Notes: generated by a model from the letters alone, not told the origin. 64,000 nucleotides of DNA from an uncultured Gemmatimonadales bacterium (GCA_963809895.1 CAWELD010000010.1:768001-832000); one strand, 5' to 3'. Positions 10,917 through 21,026 are shown, numbered from the stretch's first letter. Numbers and translations are program-made.

Positions 10917-11260
10917 CCGCCGGCCTCCTGCCCGCGGGCTTCCGTGAGCACCGAATCCACGGCCCGGGAATAGTCACTCCAGCGGGCCTCTTCGACGCTC
11001 AGGTGCGCGCGTCCCTCGTCGGTGAGCGCGTAGGTCTTCGCCCTGCGCCCGGTGTCCGTCCGCCCCCAGCTGGAGGTGAGCAGGCCCCGGCCCTCCAGGC
11101 GATGCAGCGCCGGATAGAGCGCGCCCTCCTCCACGTCCAACACGCCGGAGCTCGTTTCGCGGATCCAGCGGCCGATGGCGTAGCCGTGCAGAGGCCCGCC
11201 CGCGACGGTGCGCAGGATCAGAAGCTCCAGGGTGCCTGTGAAGAGGTCGCTTCCGGACAT
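10913..11260 (-). CDS. PadR-family transcriptional regulator
   Basis: GTLELLIL..LHGYAI..EEGALYPALHRLE..RRAKTYALT; 4-nt overlap with the permease. Confidence 0.93.
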   Translation of the reverse strand: MSGSDLFTGTLELLILRTVAGGPLHGYAIGRWIRETSSGVLDVEEGALYPALHRLEGRGLLTSSWGRTDTGRRAKTYALTDEGRAHLSVEEARWSDYSRAVDSVLTEARGQEAGG

Positions 11261-11327
11261 GGTGTCGCTCGGCCTGGAGGGGGACTTCGGACGGCGCCGA
11301 GATTCCTCGAGGCCGCAGAACCCCTTG

Positions 11328-11379
11328 TTGAGTCAGGTATGCTGACCCAACCCTAAGTGGACGACCCCTGACTGGTCAA
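11328..11379 (-). promoter_or_regulatory. Sigma70-like promoter with adjacent inverted-repeat operator upstream of padR
   Basis: Minus strand TTGACC (11379-11374), 18 bp, TAGGGT (11355-11350); inverted repeat TTGAGTCAG-N5-CTGACCCAA at 11328-11350. Confidence 0.55.
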
Positions 11380-11738
11380 GGGGTATCTCGTTCCGGTCCT
11401 TCCCATCCGAAGCGGTCCAGATCGATGCGCCCTCCCTCGGAGAAGACGATGCCTTCGCGCTCCAGCAGGGTGCGCTGAAGCACCCGGCGCCCCAGGACCG
11501 CGGGGATCGACAGGCGCCCGCTCCGGTTCACCACCCGCCACCACGGCACATCGTCGTCTTCGGGACCCAGGGCGTTGAGCGCCGCGCCCACGCCGCGGGC
11601 GGCTCTGGGCGATCCGGCGACCGCGGCCACGTCGCCGTACGAAGTGACGCGCCCGGCCGGGACCTGGCGGACCACATGGTAGACCCGTTGCCGAAAGTGG
11701 GGTGGGCGTGCGGAGCGAGGGTCCCGAGAAGGGTTCAT
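11376..11738 (-). CDS. Alkyltransferase-like (ATL, MGMT-family) protein
   Basis: VPAGRVTSYGDVA..AARGVG..PWWRVVN; the catalytic Cys of PCHRV is replaced by Trp. Confidence 0.88.
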   Translation of the reverse strand: MNPSRDPRSARPPHFRQRVYHVVRQVPAGRVTSYGDVAAVAGSPRAARGVGAALNALGPEDDDVPWWRVVNRSGRLSIPAVLGRRVLQRTLLEREGIVFSEGGRIDLDRFGWEGPERDTP

Positions 11739-11856
11739 GACTCGTTTGAGGGGGTCCGTGCCCGGTGGTATCTTGTGAGCCCGCCCGATCGGAGGGCGGA
11801 GGCTGCAGGCATGGTAGCGACCCGCGCACTCCCCATCCACCCGGACGAGATCCAGG

Positions 11857-13191
11857 ATGACCGACGCCCCGCGCGCACCGAGCCGTATGCCTGGCCTCGC
11901 CGTTCGGACCACCAACCTGATCCTGACGCTCCTCCTGGTGTCGGGCATCACGGCCGTGGCCCAGTGGGCGAGCCCACCCGGCTTCGAGGGTGGCCGCCTC
12001 ACCGTGCTCACCGGATTCGTGCTGCTGGCCGCCACCGTGGCCGGCGGGCTGGCGTCGGCCGTCGGGCTGCCGCGCCTCACGGGCTTCCTGGTGGTGGGAA
12101 TCCTGGCAGGACCGTCGGTGTTGGGCCTGCTGCCCTCGGACGCCGTGGCGGACCTGCGCCTCATCGACGAGTTCGCCCTGGCCCTGATCGCCCTCCTGGC
12201 GGGCGGTGAGCTCAAGCTGGGCCAGCTCCGACCCCAGGCCCGGGCCATCGCCCTCACCACGCTGACGGTGACCGTCGTGGTCTGGGTGGCCATGGCCGGC
12301 GCCGTGTTGGGCGTGCGGCCCTTGCTGCCGTTCCTCACCGAGCAACCGTTCCAGGTGGCCGTGGGCGTGGCGCTCCTGCTGGGTGTGTGGGCCGCCAACT
12401 CGTCACCGGACCTGACGGTGGCGGTCATCGAGGAGACGGGTGCCAAGGGTCCCCTCACCGACGTCATCCTCGGCATCACCATCGTGAAGGACGTCCTGGT
12501 CATCATTCTCTTCACGCTGACCCTGGGGCTGGTGGGCCCCCTCATCGATCCATCGCAGAGCTTCAGCGCCCACATCCTGGTGGATCTGGCGCGCGAGGTG
12601 GGTGGAGCCTTCGTGGCAGGGGGGATTCTGGGGTGGGTGTTCTCCCTCTACCTCGGCGGCGAGGAGGCCAAGCCCCGCCCCCCCATCGCCACCTTCCTGT
12701 TCGCGTGGGTCCTGGTGGTGCTGGCCGACCGGTTGCACGTGGAGCTGCTACTGACCGGGGTGGCGGCGGGCTTCGTCATCGAGAACCTGTCACCGGGTGG
12801 CGACCGCATGATCCGGGGCATCGAATCGGTCTCGGTGGTGATCTTCGCCTTCTTCTTCGCCATCGCCGGTGCGAGCCTGAATCTGGGCGCCATCGGCCGC
12901 TTCTGGCACGCCGCGCTGATCCTGTTCATGGTGCGCCTGGCCTTCACCTGGGTGGGAGCGCGCTGGGGAACCCGGCTGGCCGGAGCCGACGCCGCCATCC
13001 AGGCGCGCACCTGGCGAGGCCTCATCTCGCAGGGCGGGGTGACGCTGGGGCTGGTGCTTCTCATCGAGCGGAGCTTCCCGGCCGTGGGGGGCGGGGTGGT
13101 GGCGCTGGGCATGGCGGTGATCATCGGCAACATCCTGGGAGGACCGGTGTTGCTCAAGGCGGCGCTCTCGGGCTCCACGAGCGACGAGTAG
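11857..13191 (+). CDS. Cation:proton antiporter (CPA family)
   Basis: Many hydrophobic segments; LPRLTGFLVVGILAGP, SSPDLTVAVIEE, FFFAIAGASL, LISQGGV. Confidence 0.85.
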   Translation: MTDAPRAPSRMPGLAVRTTNLILTLLLVSGITAVAQWASPPGFEGGRLTVLTGFVLLAATVAGGLASAVGLPRLTGFLVVGILAGPSVLGLLPSDAVADLRLIDEFALALIALLAGGELKLGQLRPQARAIALTTLTVTVVVWVAMAGAVLGVRPLLPFLTEQPFQVAVGVALLLGVWAANSSPDLTVAVIEETGAKGPLTDVILGITIVKDVLVIILFTLTLGLVGPLIDPSQSFSAHILVDLAREVGGAFVAGGILGWVFSLYLGGEEAKPRPPIATFLFAWVLVVLADRLHVELLLTGVAAGFVIENLSPGGDRMIRGIESVSVVIFAFFFAIAGASLNLGAIGRFWHAALILFMVRLAFTWVGARWGTRLAGADAAIQARTWRGLISQGGVTLGLVLLIERSFPAVGGGVVALGMAVIIGNILGGPVLLKAALSGSTSDE

Positions 13192-13197
13192 ATCTTC

Positions 13198-14181
13198 ATG
13201 CCAGCCCACAAGCACACGCACCGGGGCGTGCACGCCCACGGGCACGATACCTCTCCCGCGGTCGACGCCTCCGCGCCGCGGGTATCACGGGGCAACGAGA
13301 GCAGCCGACTCCGTTGGGTGCTGATCATCACGGCCGCGTTCATGTTGGCCGAGGTGGTGGGCGGGATCGTCGCCGACTCGCTGGCACTACTCGCCGACGC
13401 CGGCCACATGTTCACCGACGTGGCCGCCCTGGGGCTGTCGCTGCTGGCCATGCGCTGGGCGCAGCGGCCGCCGAGCCCGGACAAGACCTACGGCTACGTG
13501 CGCGTCGAGATCATCGCGGCCCTGATCAACGGGGCGACGCTGCTGGTCATCGCCGGCATGATCATCCACGAGGCGGTGAATCGTCTGCGAGACCCCGTGA
13601 CCGTGGATGGTCCGATCCTCCTGGCCGTCGCCGGTGGCGGCCTGGTGGTGAACGTGGCCGGCCTCCTGCTTCTGCACGGCCACGCCCACGACAACCTCAA
13701 CGTGCGGGGCGCCTATCTGCACGTGTTGGGAGACCTGCTGGGCTCGGTGGGCGCACTCGCAGCCGGTGCCGTCATCGTGTTCGCCGGTTGGAGCCCGGCC
13801 GACCCCATTGCATCGCTGGTGATCGCAGTGCTGATCCTGGTCAGCGCCGGGAAGCTGGTACGCGACGCCACCGACGTGCTTCTGGAGGCGGCGCCGGCGC
13901 ACGTCGACGTGGAAGGAGTGCTCGCTGATCTGGCCTCGATCCGTGGTCTGGAGAACGTTCACGACCTGCACGTCTGGACCCTGACCAGCGGCTTCGTCGC
14001 CCTGTCCGCCCACGGCGTGCTGGAGGATCCCCGGGAGCACTCGCGCGTCCTGGACGAGGTGCAGGAACGGGCCCGAAACCACGGTATCCAGCACGTCACG
14101 TTCCAGATCGAGCCGCGCCCGCTCTACAGCATCGAGGGCGGCGGCGGGCCGGCCCGTGCCAGCGAGCCGAAATTGTCTTGA
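13198..14181 (+). CDS. Cation diffusion facilitator (CzcD/ZitB-like Zn/Co/Cd efflux)
   Basis: His-rich N-terminus; SLALLADAGHMFTD, NVRGAYLHVLGD, VHDLHVW, HVTFQIE. Confidence 0.93.
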   Translation: MPAHKHTHRGVHAHGHDTSPAVDASAPRVSRGNESSRLRWVLIITAAFMLAEVVGGIVADSLALLADAGHMFTDVAALGLSLLAMRWAQRPPSPDKTYGYVRVEIIAALINGATLLVIAGMIIHEAVNRLRDPVTVDGPILLAVAGGGLVVNVAGLLLLHGHAHDNLNVRGAYLHVLGDLLGSVGALAAGAVIVFAGWSPADPIASLVIAVLILVSAGKLVRDATDVLLEAAPAHVDVEGVLADLASIRGLENVHDLHVWTLTSGFVALSAHGVLEDPREHSRVLDEVQERARNHGIQHVTFQIEPRPLYSIEGGGGPARASEPKLS

Positions 14182-14205
14182 CAGCAAGGGGCCCCTGTGT
14201 ACTTT
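14178..14205 (+). promoter_or_regulatory. Sigma70-type promoter for the acidic small protein
   Basis: TTGACA (14178-14183), 16 bp, TACTTT (14200-14205). Confidence 0.55.
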
Positions 14206-14272
14206 GGCGCAACAACCACCCGGGCGCGCCGCGTGGAGTGCGTCGGGTTCCTTCCCGAGGAGGAGATTCGGA

Positions 14273-14524
14273 ATGATGGACCGGTCGATCTGGGCCGAGG
14301 AGGACGTCGTCGGCGGGCTCGAGATCCTGGACTCCGACGAGGACGAGGACTGGGATGACGACGATTGGGAAGACGACGACGAGGACGATGAGGATTGGGA
14401 CGAGGACGACGAGGATTGGGAGGACGACGACGACGACGAGGATGGCGAAGACTGGGACGAGGACTGGGACGACGACGAGGACTCGATGCACGGCAAGCGC
14501 CACCACCGACCGAACTGGGAATAG
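14273..14524 (+). CDS. Small, extremely acidic Asp/Glu/Trp-rich protein (83 aa)
   Basis: GAGGAGGAG RBS before ATG; 49-residue core of 42 D/E, 6 W and 1 G; C-terminus HGKRHHRPNWE. Confidence 0.75.
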   Translation: MMDRSIWAEEDVVGGLEILDSDEDEDWDDDDWEDDDEDDEDWDEDDEDWEDDDDDEDGEDWDEDWDDDEDSMHGKRHHRPNWE

Positions 14525-14560
14525 CAGCCCGCTCGCTTGATTCCCTCCCGCACCACCTTT

Positions 14561-14600
14561 GCCGCCCCGCTCCCTCGAGGACCGGGGCGGCTCTCGTTTC
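14561..14600 (+). terminator. Probable intrinsic terminator hairpin
   Basis: GCCGCCCCG...CGGGGCGGC stem followed by TCTCGTTTC. Confidence 0.55.
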
Positions 14601-14673
14601 GTGGTCACGGTCTGGCCTCCGGAACGCGAGCAGCCCAGTTTGGCGTGTCCTGAACACGCATCGCGGAGTCTCC

Positions 14674-17439
14674 ATGAACGCCACCACCTCGCGCCTGGCG
14701 CGGCCTGCGCTCCTGGCCGTGCTCTCCCTCCTTCTCCTGCTGTCTCCCGCCGCGGCTCGCGCCCAGGCGGTGCCCACGCCCGAGTCGGTCCTCGGGCACC
14801 GGGTCGGCGAGGACTTCTACCTCGCCACCTACGAGGAGTCCATCTCGTATCTCCAGGCCCTGGACGCGGCTTCGGATCGGGTCGAGCTCCGGCAGGTAGG
14901 GGTCACGTCCATGGGCCGGCCGTGGTACGTGGCGTTCATCTCCTCGGCCGACAACCTCCGCAACCTGGACCACTACCGGGAGATCGCGCAGAGGCTGGCC
15001 CACCCCGAGGGCCTCACCGACGCCGAGGCCCATAGGCTGGCCGCCGAAGGGAAGGCCATCGTCCACATCGACGGGGGACTCCATGCCACCGAGGTGGCGG
15101 GCGCGCAGCACACGATCCAGCTCGCCTACGACCTGGCCACCGGCGACGCCGACCCCGAAAAGGCGGCCATGCTGGAGAACGTGATCCTGCTCCTGTGGCC
15201 CTCCATCAATCCCGACGGGCAGACCATGGTGGCGGACTGGTACCGCTCCAACGTGGGAACCCGCTTCGAGGTCGCACCGCTTCCGGGGCTCTACCAGAAG
15301 TACATCGGCCACGACAACAACCGCGACGGCTACATGATCAACATGATCGAGTCGCGCACGGTGACGCGGGTGGACCGGGAGTGGGAGCCCCAGGTCCTGT
15401 ACAACCACCATCAGACGGCGCCCTTTCCGACGCGCATCTGGATTCCCCCCTTCGCCGAGCCGGTGTCGCCCATCGTGCATCCCCTGATGTGGCGCACGGT
15501 GAATCTCATCGGCATGGCCATGGCCGAGGCGCTGGAGGAGCGGGGCGAGAAGGGTGCCACCCACATGGGCTCGGGCTTCGACAACTGGTACCCGGGCTTC
15601 CTGGACCACGCCAACAACTTCCACAACGTGGCGTCGTTTCTCACCGAGACGGCGCTCTACCGCTACGCCACGCCCCACTTCTACACCGTGGGGGACTTTC
15701 CGCAGAACGCCCAGGACCTGCGCCCGCAGTCCCTCTACTCCTCGCCGTGGGAAGGCGGATGGTGGCGGCTGCGCGATGCGGTGGACTACATGCTCACCGC
15801 CTCGTTCTCGGTGCTGGACTTCGCCGCGAAGTACAAGACCGACCTGCTCTACAACCGCTATCAGGCCGGCCGCGACGTGACGGCGGACTACGCCGGATCG
15901 CCTCCCTACGCGTACTTCATCGCGCAGGATCAGAGGGATCCCGTGGCGCCGGTGGAGCTGCTCCGCCGCCTGGCGTTCAACGGCATCCAGGTGGACCGGC
16001 TCACCCGCGACGTGACCTTCGAGGGCGTGACCCATCCGGCGGGGACCTGGGTCATCCCCATGGACCAGCCCTTCGCCAACTACGTGCGCCAGCTCTTCGA
16101 CGTGCAGCAGTATCCCGACCTGCGCGAATATCCCGAGGGCCCGCCGGACCAGCCGTACGACATCGCGGGGTGGACGCTGCCGTACCAGATGGACGTGAAG
16201 GTCGTGGCGGCCCATTCGCCGCTGGGTGACGTGCGCGACGCGTTGGAGCCGGTTCAGGGCGAGGCGGTGGCCTGGGACGCCGACGACGGCGACGTGTCGC
16301 CCTTCGACACCCCGCCGGGAGTGGGCTTCGACAGCAATCCGGTGGCGGCGGGCATCGTGCCGCTTCCGGGGCGCGTACGGGCGTCGGGCTCGGCGCTCAT
16401 CCTGGACGCGGCGCAGAACAACACCTTCAAGGCCCTCAACCGCGCGTGGGAGCAGGGCGGGCGGGTGAGCTTCGCGGCCGGCGAGACCGGTGAAGGCGAG
16501 GCAGCGGGCTCCACCGGCTACTGGCTCGTCAGCGGCCTGTCGGGCAACGCCCGCGAGGCCCTGGTGCGGGACTTCCACCTGCAGGCCACGGGCGGCTCCA
16601 TGCCGTCCACCGAGGTGGCCCGACCCCGCATCGGGCTGTATCACCCCTACTCCGGCAACATCGACGAGGGTTGGACCCGCTGGGTCATGGAGATGTACGG
16701 ATTCACCCCGGAGGAGCTGCTGGATCCCGACGTACGCGCCGGCGACCTGGAGAGCCGCTACGACGTCATCATCCTGGCCGACATGGGTGGGCGTCAGATC
16801 ATGCAGGGGATGCAGGAGGGCTCCGTGCCGGGACGCTACGCCGGAGGGATCGGGCCCGAGGGGGTGCGGGCACTGGACGATTTCGTGCGCGCGGGCGGCA
16901 CGCTGGTGACCATCAACGGCTCCAGCAACTTCGCCATGGACGAGCTGCACCTTCCGGTGCGTGACGTCACCGACGGGCTCCGCCGCAACGAGTACTTCGT
17001 CAGCGGCTCCATCCTCGAGGTGCTCACCGACCCGTCGCACCCCGTCATGAGCGGGATGCCGGAGCGGGCCGCCGTCATGGTGGGTTCGAGCCCGGTCTTC
17101 GCGACGGAAGACGGATTCCAGGGGCGGGTCCTGGCCAAGTACGATACGGAAGGCAGCCCGCTGCTGTCGGGCTACCTGCTGGGCGAGGACCACATGAAGG
17201 GGTACGCCGCGGCGCTGGACGTGAAGCACGGCCTGGGCCGCGTCGTGCTCTTGGGGCTGCGTCCCCAGTGGCGGGGACAGCCCTTCGGCTCCTTCCGCAT
17301 CCTCTTCGACGCAGCCCTCTACACGCGGGCCGTGGCCGGGGCGGTGGCCGACAGCACCGACTTCTGGTCCGCGCCCGAGCCCGAGGCGGTGGACTCGGCC
17401 ATGGGTGGCCCCGGACGACGCGGAGGAGGAGGGCGATGA
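14674..17439 (+). CDS. Secreted M14-family zinc carboxypeptidase (paralog 1)
   Basis: Signal peptide ending ARA-Q; GGLHATE (HxxE), INPDG, HDNNRD, YNHHQ; C-terminal DEGWTRW domain. Confidence 0.88.
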   Translation: MNATTSRLARPALLAVLSLLLLLSPAAARAQAVPTPESVLGHRVGEDFYLATYEESISYLQALDAASDRVELRQVGVTSMGRPWYVAFISSADNLRNLDHYREIAQRLAHPEGLTDAEAHRLAAEGKAIVHIDGGLHATEVAGAQHTIQLAYDLATGDADPEKAAMLENVILLLWPSINPDGQTMVADWYRSNVGTRFEVAPLPGLYQKYIGHDNNRDGYMINMIESRTVTRVDREWEPQVLYNHHQTAPFPTRIWIPPFAEPVSPIVHPLMWRTVNLIGMAMAEALEERGEKGATHMGSGFDNWYPGFLDHANNFHNVASFLTETALYRYATPHFYTVGDFPQNAQDLRPQSLYSSPWEGGWWRLRDAVDYMLTASFSVLDFAAKYKTDLLYNRYQAGRDVTADYAGSPPYAYFIAQDQRDPVAPVELLRRLAFNGIQVDRLTRDVTFEGVTHPAGTWVIPMDQPFANYVRQLFDVQQYPDLREYPEGPPDQPYDIAGWTLPYQMDVKVVAAHSPLGDVRDALEPVQGEAVAWDADDGDVSPFDTPPGVGFDSNPVAAGIVPLPGRVRASGSALILDAAQNNTFKALNRAWEQGGRVSFAAGETGEGEAAGSTGYWLVSGLSGNAREALVRDFHLQATGGSMPSTEVARPRIGLYHPYSGNIDEGWTRWVMEMYGFTPEELLDPDVRAGDLESRYDVIILADMGGRQIMQGMQEGSVPGRYAGGIGPEGVRALDDFVRAGGTLVTINGSSNFAMDELHLPVRDVTDGLRRNEYFVSGSILEVLTDPSHPVMSGMPERAAVMVGSSPVFATEDGFQGRVLAKYDTEGSPLLSGYLLGEDHMKGYAAALDVKHGLGRVVLLGLRPQWRGQPFGSFRILFDAALYTRAVAGAVADSTDFWSAPEPEAVDSAMGGPGRRGGGGR

Positions 17440-20171
17440 GGGGCCCGGCCAGCCGGCGGCGCCGGCCGTCGTGGCCGGGAGCGGTGCTGTCGGCGGCCGT
17501 GCTCGCAGCCCCGGGGGTCGTCGGCGCCCAGACGCTCCCCACCCCCGAGTCGGTGCTGGGCTTCCGCCCGGGCGCCGACTACCACCTGGCCACCTACGAG
17601 CAGTCGCTGGAGTACTTCCAGGCCCTCGACGCCGCGTCGGACCGCATCACCCTGGTGCGCACCGGCACCACGTCCGAGGGCCGGCCCTGGTACTTCGCCG
17701 TGATCTCGTCGCAGGCGAACCTGCAGGACCTGGATCATCAGCGGGAGATCGCGCACCAGCTCGCGAATCCCCAGTCACTGAGCGAGGACCAGGCCCGGGC
17801 GCTGGCCCGTGAGGGCAAGGCTATCGTCGATATCAACGGCGGCCTGCACGCCACCGAGGTGGCGGGGGCGCAGCACACCATCCAGCTCGCCTACGACCTG
17901 GTGTCCGGCTACGACAGCGATCCCCGCATCCGCGCCATCCTGGACGACGTCATCGTGGTGCTGTGGCCGTCGCTCAACCCCGACGGTCAGACCATCGTGG
18001 CGGACTGGTACATGGGCAACGTGGGCACGCCCTACGAGCTGGCCCCGCTGCCGCGCCTCTACCAGAAGTACATCGGCCACGACAACAACCGTGACGCCTA
18101 CATGCTCAACATGGTGGAGTCCCGGGTGTTGGCGCGGACCTGGCGCGCCTGGGAGCCCCAGATCATCTACGTGCACCACCAGTCCTCGCCCTTCCCGACG
18201 CGCATCTGGCTGCCGCCCTTCGCCGAGCCCATCGCGCCCCGGGTCCCGGCCCTGATGTCGCGTGAGGTGAACACGGTGGGCATGGCCATCGCACAGATGC
18301 TGGAGTCCCGGGGCATGCCCGGCGCCACCCACATGGGCACGGGGTTCGACGCGTGGTATCCCGGCTACGTGGATTACATGCCCATGCTCCAGAACGAGGT
18401 GGCGTTCTGGACGGAGACGGCGCTCTACGCATACGCGACGCCCAACTTCTACACGCTGAGCGATTTTCCGCAGAACCGGCGGGACCTCAGGGCCGAATCC
18501 CTCTATCCGAGCCCCTGGCGCGGCGGATGGTGGCGGCTGCAGGACGCCGTGGACTACATGCGTGTGGCGTCGCTGGCGGTGCTCGACTACGCCGCCAAGT
18601 ACCGGGAAGACCTGCTCTTCAACCGCTGGCAATCGGGCCACGACGTGGTGGAGCGCTACCGTTCCTCGCCGCCCTACGCCTGGTTCGTGCCGCAGCAGCA
18701 GCGGGATCCCGTGGCCGCGGCGGAGCTCCTGCGGCGCCTGGCCTTCAACGGCGTGCGCGTGGATCGCCTCACGAGCGAGATCACCCACGACGGCCTGACC
18801 TGGCCCGAAGGCACCTGGGTGATCCCCATGGATCAGCCCTTCGGGGAGCTGGCGCGTCAGCTCCTGGAGGTCCAGGAGTATCCGGATCTGAGGGAGTATC
18901 CCCAGGGGCCGCCGGAGCAGCCCTACGACGCCGCGGGCTGGACGCTCCCGTACCAGATGGACGTGGAGGTGGAGCCGGCCCAGTCGCCGCTGAGCGACGC
19001 CACCCGCGCGGCGTTGGAGCCCGTCCAGGGCGATGCGGTCGCCTGGGACGCGGACGTGGACGACGCCTCGGCCTTCGACTCGGCGCCCGGTGTGGGCTTC
19101 GACAGCAATCCCGTGGCCGCCGGGATCGTCCCGCTGGCCGGGCGCATCACCGGGTCGGGCTCGGCTCTGTATCTGGACCCGGCCCAGAACAACTCGTTCG
19201 CCGCGCTCAACCGGGCGTGGGACGCCGGCGCCACGGTGCGCTGGGCCGCGGGCCGGGACGGGTCGGCGCCCGCGTGGGTAGTGGAAGGATTGTCGGGCGA
19301 CGCCCAGCGACGCATGGCCGACGAGCTCCATCTGCAGGCCCGCCGCGGCTCGGCGCGGGGGGCCCGCGTCGGTCGGCCGCGCGTCGCGCTCTATCGTCCC
19401 TGGACGGCGAGCATGGACGAGGGCTGGACCCGCTGGCTCCTGGAGCGCTACGACTTCCGCTTCGCGTCGCTCTACGACGCCGACGTGAGAGCCGGCGATC
19501 TGCATTCCCGCTACGACGTGATCATCCTGCCCTCGGAGCGCGCCTCGCGGATGGAAGACGGGTTCGCCGAGGGCACCGTGCCCGGCCGCTACGCCGGGGG
19601 CATGGGCGAGGACGGCGTGCGCGCCCTGGAGGCCTTCGTGCGCGACGGCGGCACGCTGGTGGCGCTCAACTCGGCCACGGATCTGCCCATCGAGGCCTTC
19701 GGCCTGCCCGTTCGCAACGTGGTGGCCGGCGTCGGACGTGGGAGCTTCTTCTCGTCGGGCTCGATCCTTCAGGTGCGGGCCGATACCACGCACCCGGTCA
19801 TGGCCGGGTCGCGCGGCCGGGCCCCGATCTTCTTCGACCGGAGCCCGGTGTTCACGACCACCGAGGGCTTCCAGGGGCGCGTGCTCGCGGCCTATGCCGA
19901 TGAAGGATCTCCGCTCCTTTCCGGGTATCTTCTGGGAGAGGAACACCTGCAGGGCTACGCCGCGGTGGTGGAGGCGAGGCACGGGGCGGGCCGGGTGCTG
20001 CTGCTGGGGCTGCGCCCACAGTGGCGTGGGCAACCGTTCGGCTCGTTCCGGATCCTCTTCAACGCCGCGTTGTACACGGGGGCGGTGGCCGGCGCTGCAC
20101 CGGACCGGCCAGACTTCTGGACCGCACCCGGCGACGACGACGACGAGGGGTCGGCTGGAGGTGGGGATTGA
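17436..20171 (+). CDS. Secreted M14-family zinc carboxypeptidase (paralog 2)
   Basis: ATGA overlap with paralog 1; same motifs; colinear similarity over the full length. Confidence 0.88.
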   Translation: MRGPASRRRRPSWPGAVLSAAVLAAPGVVGAQTLPTPESVLGFRPGADYHLATYEQSLEYFQALDAASDRITLVRTGTTSEGRPWYFAVISSQANLQDLDHQREIAHQLANPQSLSEDQARALAREGKAIVDINGGLHATEVAGAQHTIQLAYDLVSGYDSDPRIRAILDDVIVVLWPSLNPDGQTIVADWYMGNVGTPYELAPLPRLYQKYIGHDNNRDAYMLNMVESRVLARTWRAWEPQIIYVHHQSSPFPTRIWLPPFAEPIAPRVPALMSREVNTVGMAIAQMLESRGMPGATHMGTGFDAWYPGYVDYMPMLQNEVAFWTETALYAYATPNFYTLSDFPQNRRDLRAESLYPSPWRGGWWRLQDAVDYMRVASLAVLDYAAKYREDLLFNRWQSGHDVVERYRSSPPYAWFVPQQQRDPVAAAELLRRLAFNGVRVDRLTSEITHDGLTWPEGTWVIPMDQPFGELARQLLEVQEYPDLREYPQGPPEQPYDAAGWTLPYQMDVEVEPAQSPLSDATRAALEPVQGDAVAWDADVDDASAFDSAPGVGFDSNPVAAGIVPLAGRITGSGSALYLDPAQNNSFAALNRAWDAGATVRWAAGRDGSAPAWVVEGLSGDAQRRMADELHLQARRGSARGARVGRPRVALYRPWTASMDEGWTRWLLERYDFRFASLYDADVRAGDLHSRYDVIILPSERASRMEDGFAEGTVPGRYAGGMGEDGVRALEAFVRDGGTLVALNSATDLPIEAFGLPVRNVVAGVGRGSFFSSGSILQVRADTTHPVMAGSRGRAPIFFDRSPVFTTTEGFQGRVLAAYADEGSPLLSGYLLGEEHLQGYAAVVEARHGAGRVLLLGLRPQWRGQPFGSFRILFNAALYTGAVAGAAPDRPDFWTAPGDDDDEGSAGGGD

Positions 20172-20215
20172 GGCGCTTCGGAGCCTCAGGTCGAGACTCG
20201 AGGACGGATTAGTCC

Positions 20216-21019
20216 ATGTTTCCCATGACGCCGTGGGTTCGGCGCCTTCTCATCGCCAACGTGGTGGCCTTCATCGCCACGCGTCTGGCGCCGCAGCTGT
20301 ACTACGCACTCGCCTTCGTCCCGGCTCTGGCGCTGGTTCGACCCTGGACGGCAGTAACGTACATGTTCCTGCACGCCGGGCTCATGCACATCTTCTTCAA
20401 CATGCTGGCCCTGTTCTTCTTCGGGCCGCGGCTGGAGAACCGGCTCGGCGCGAAGTCGTTCCTGTGGCTGTACTTCCTCGGCGGACTCGGCGGCGCCGCC
20501 TTCAGCGTCTTCTTCGCGCCCCAGTACCCGGTGGTCGGCGCATCGGCTGCCGTATACGCGGTGCTGCTCGGCTTCGCGCTGTACTGGCCCAGAGAGCGCA
20601 TCTACATCTGGGGCGTGCTCCCGGTCGAGGCCTGGCTGCTGGCCACCATCATGGTCGGCTTCAGCCTGTGGGCCGGCCTCTCGGGCGCGCAGTCCGGCGT
20701 GGCCCATTTCGCCCACCTGGGAGGACTGGCCTTCGGCTTCGCCTATCTCAAGGTCCGGGACTGGCGCCAGGGATCCGCCAGGCGGGAATTCAAGCGCAAG
20801 CTGGAGCAGGGCGCGAGTGGAGGCTCGGCGTCGGCCGGCGTGCTTCAGGAGCGCTCGGCGCTGCGGCGCTGGGAGGGCATTCCGGTGGACGCCCTCCACG
20901 AGTTGAACCGCGAAGAGGTGCTGGTGCTTCTGGAGAAGGCGCGCACTCTGGGCGTGCGAGGCCTCAGCCTGGCCGAGCGTCAGTTCCTGGATCGGATGGC
21001 GGCCAGCACGGGGCGATGA
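20216..21019 (+). CDS. Rhomboid-family intramembrane serine protease with C-terminal soluble domain
   Basis: HIFFNMLAL, VGASAA catalytic Ser, AHFAHLGG catalytic His. Confidence 0.92.
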   Translation: MFPMTPWVRRLLIANVVAFIATRLAPQLYYALAFVPALALVRPWTAVTYMFLHAGLMHIFFNMLALFFFGPRLENRLGAKSFLWLYFLGGLGGAAFSVFFAPQYPVVGASAAVYAVLLGFALYWPRERIYIWGVLPVEAWLLATIMVGFSLWAGLSGAQSGVAHFAHLGGLAFGFAYLKVRDWRQGSARREFKRKLEQGASGGSASAGVLQERSALRRWEGIPVDALHELNREEVLVLLEKARTLGVRGLSLAERQFLDRMAASTGR

Positions 21020-21026
21020 CGATGGT

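Noticed and set aside
14330..14485. GACGAGGA(C/T)TGGGA-type short repeats that might be a CRISPR array or VNTR
   Set aside because: Irregular codon-level repeats encoding D/E/W, with no unique spacers and no cas genes
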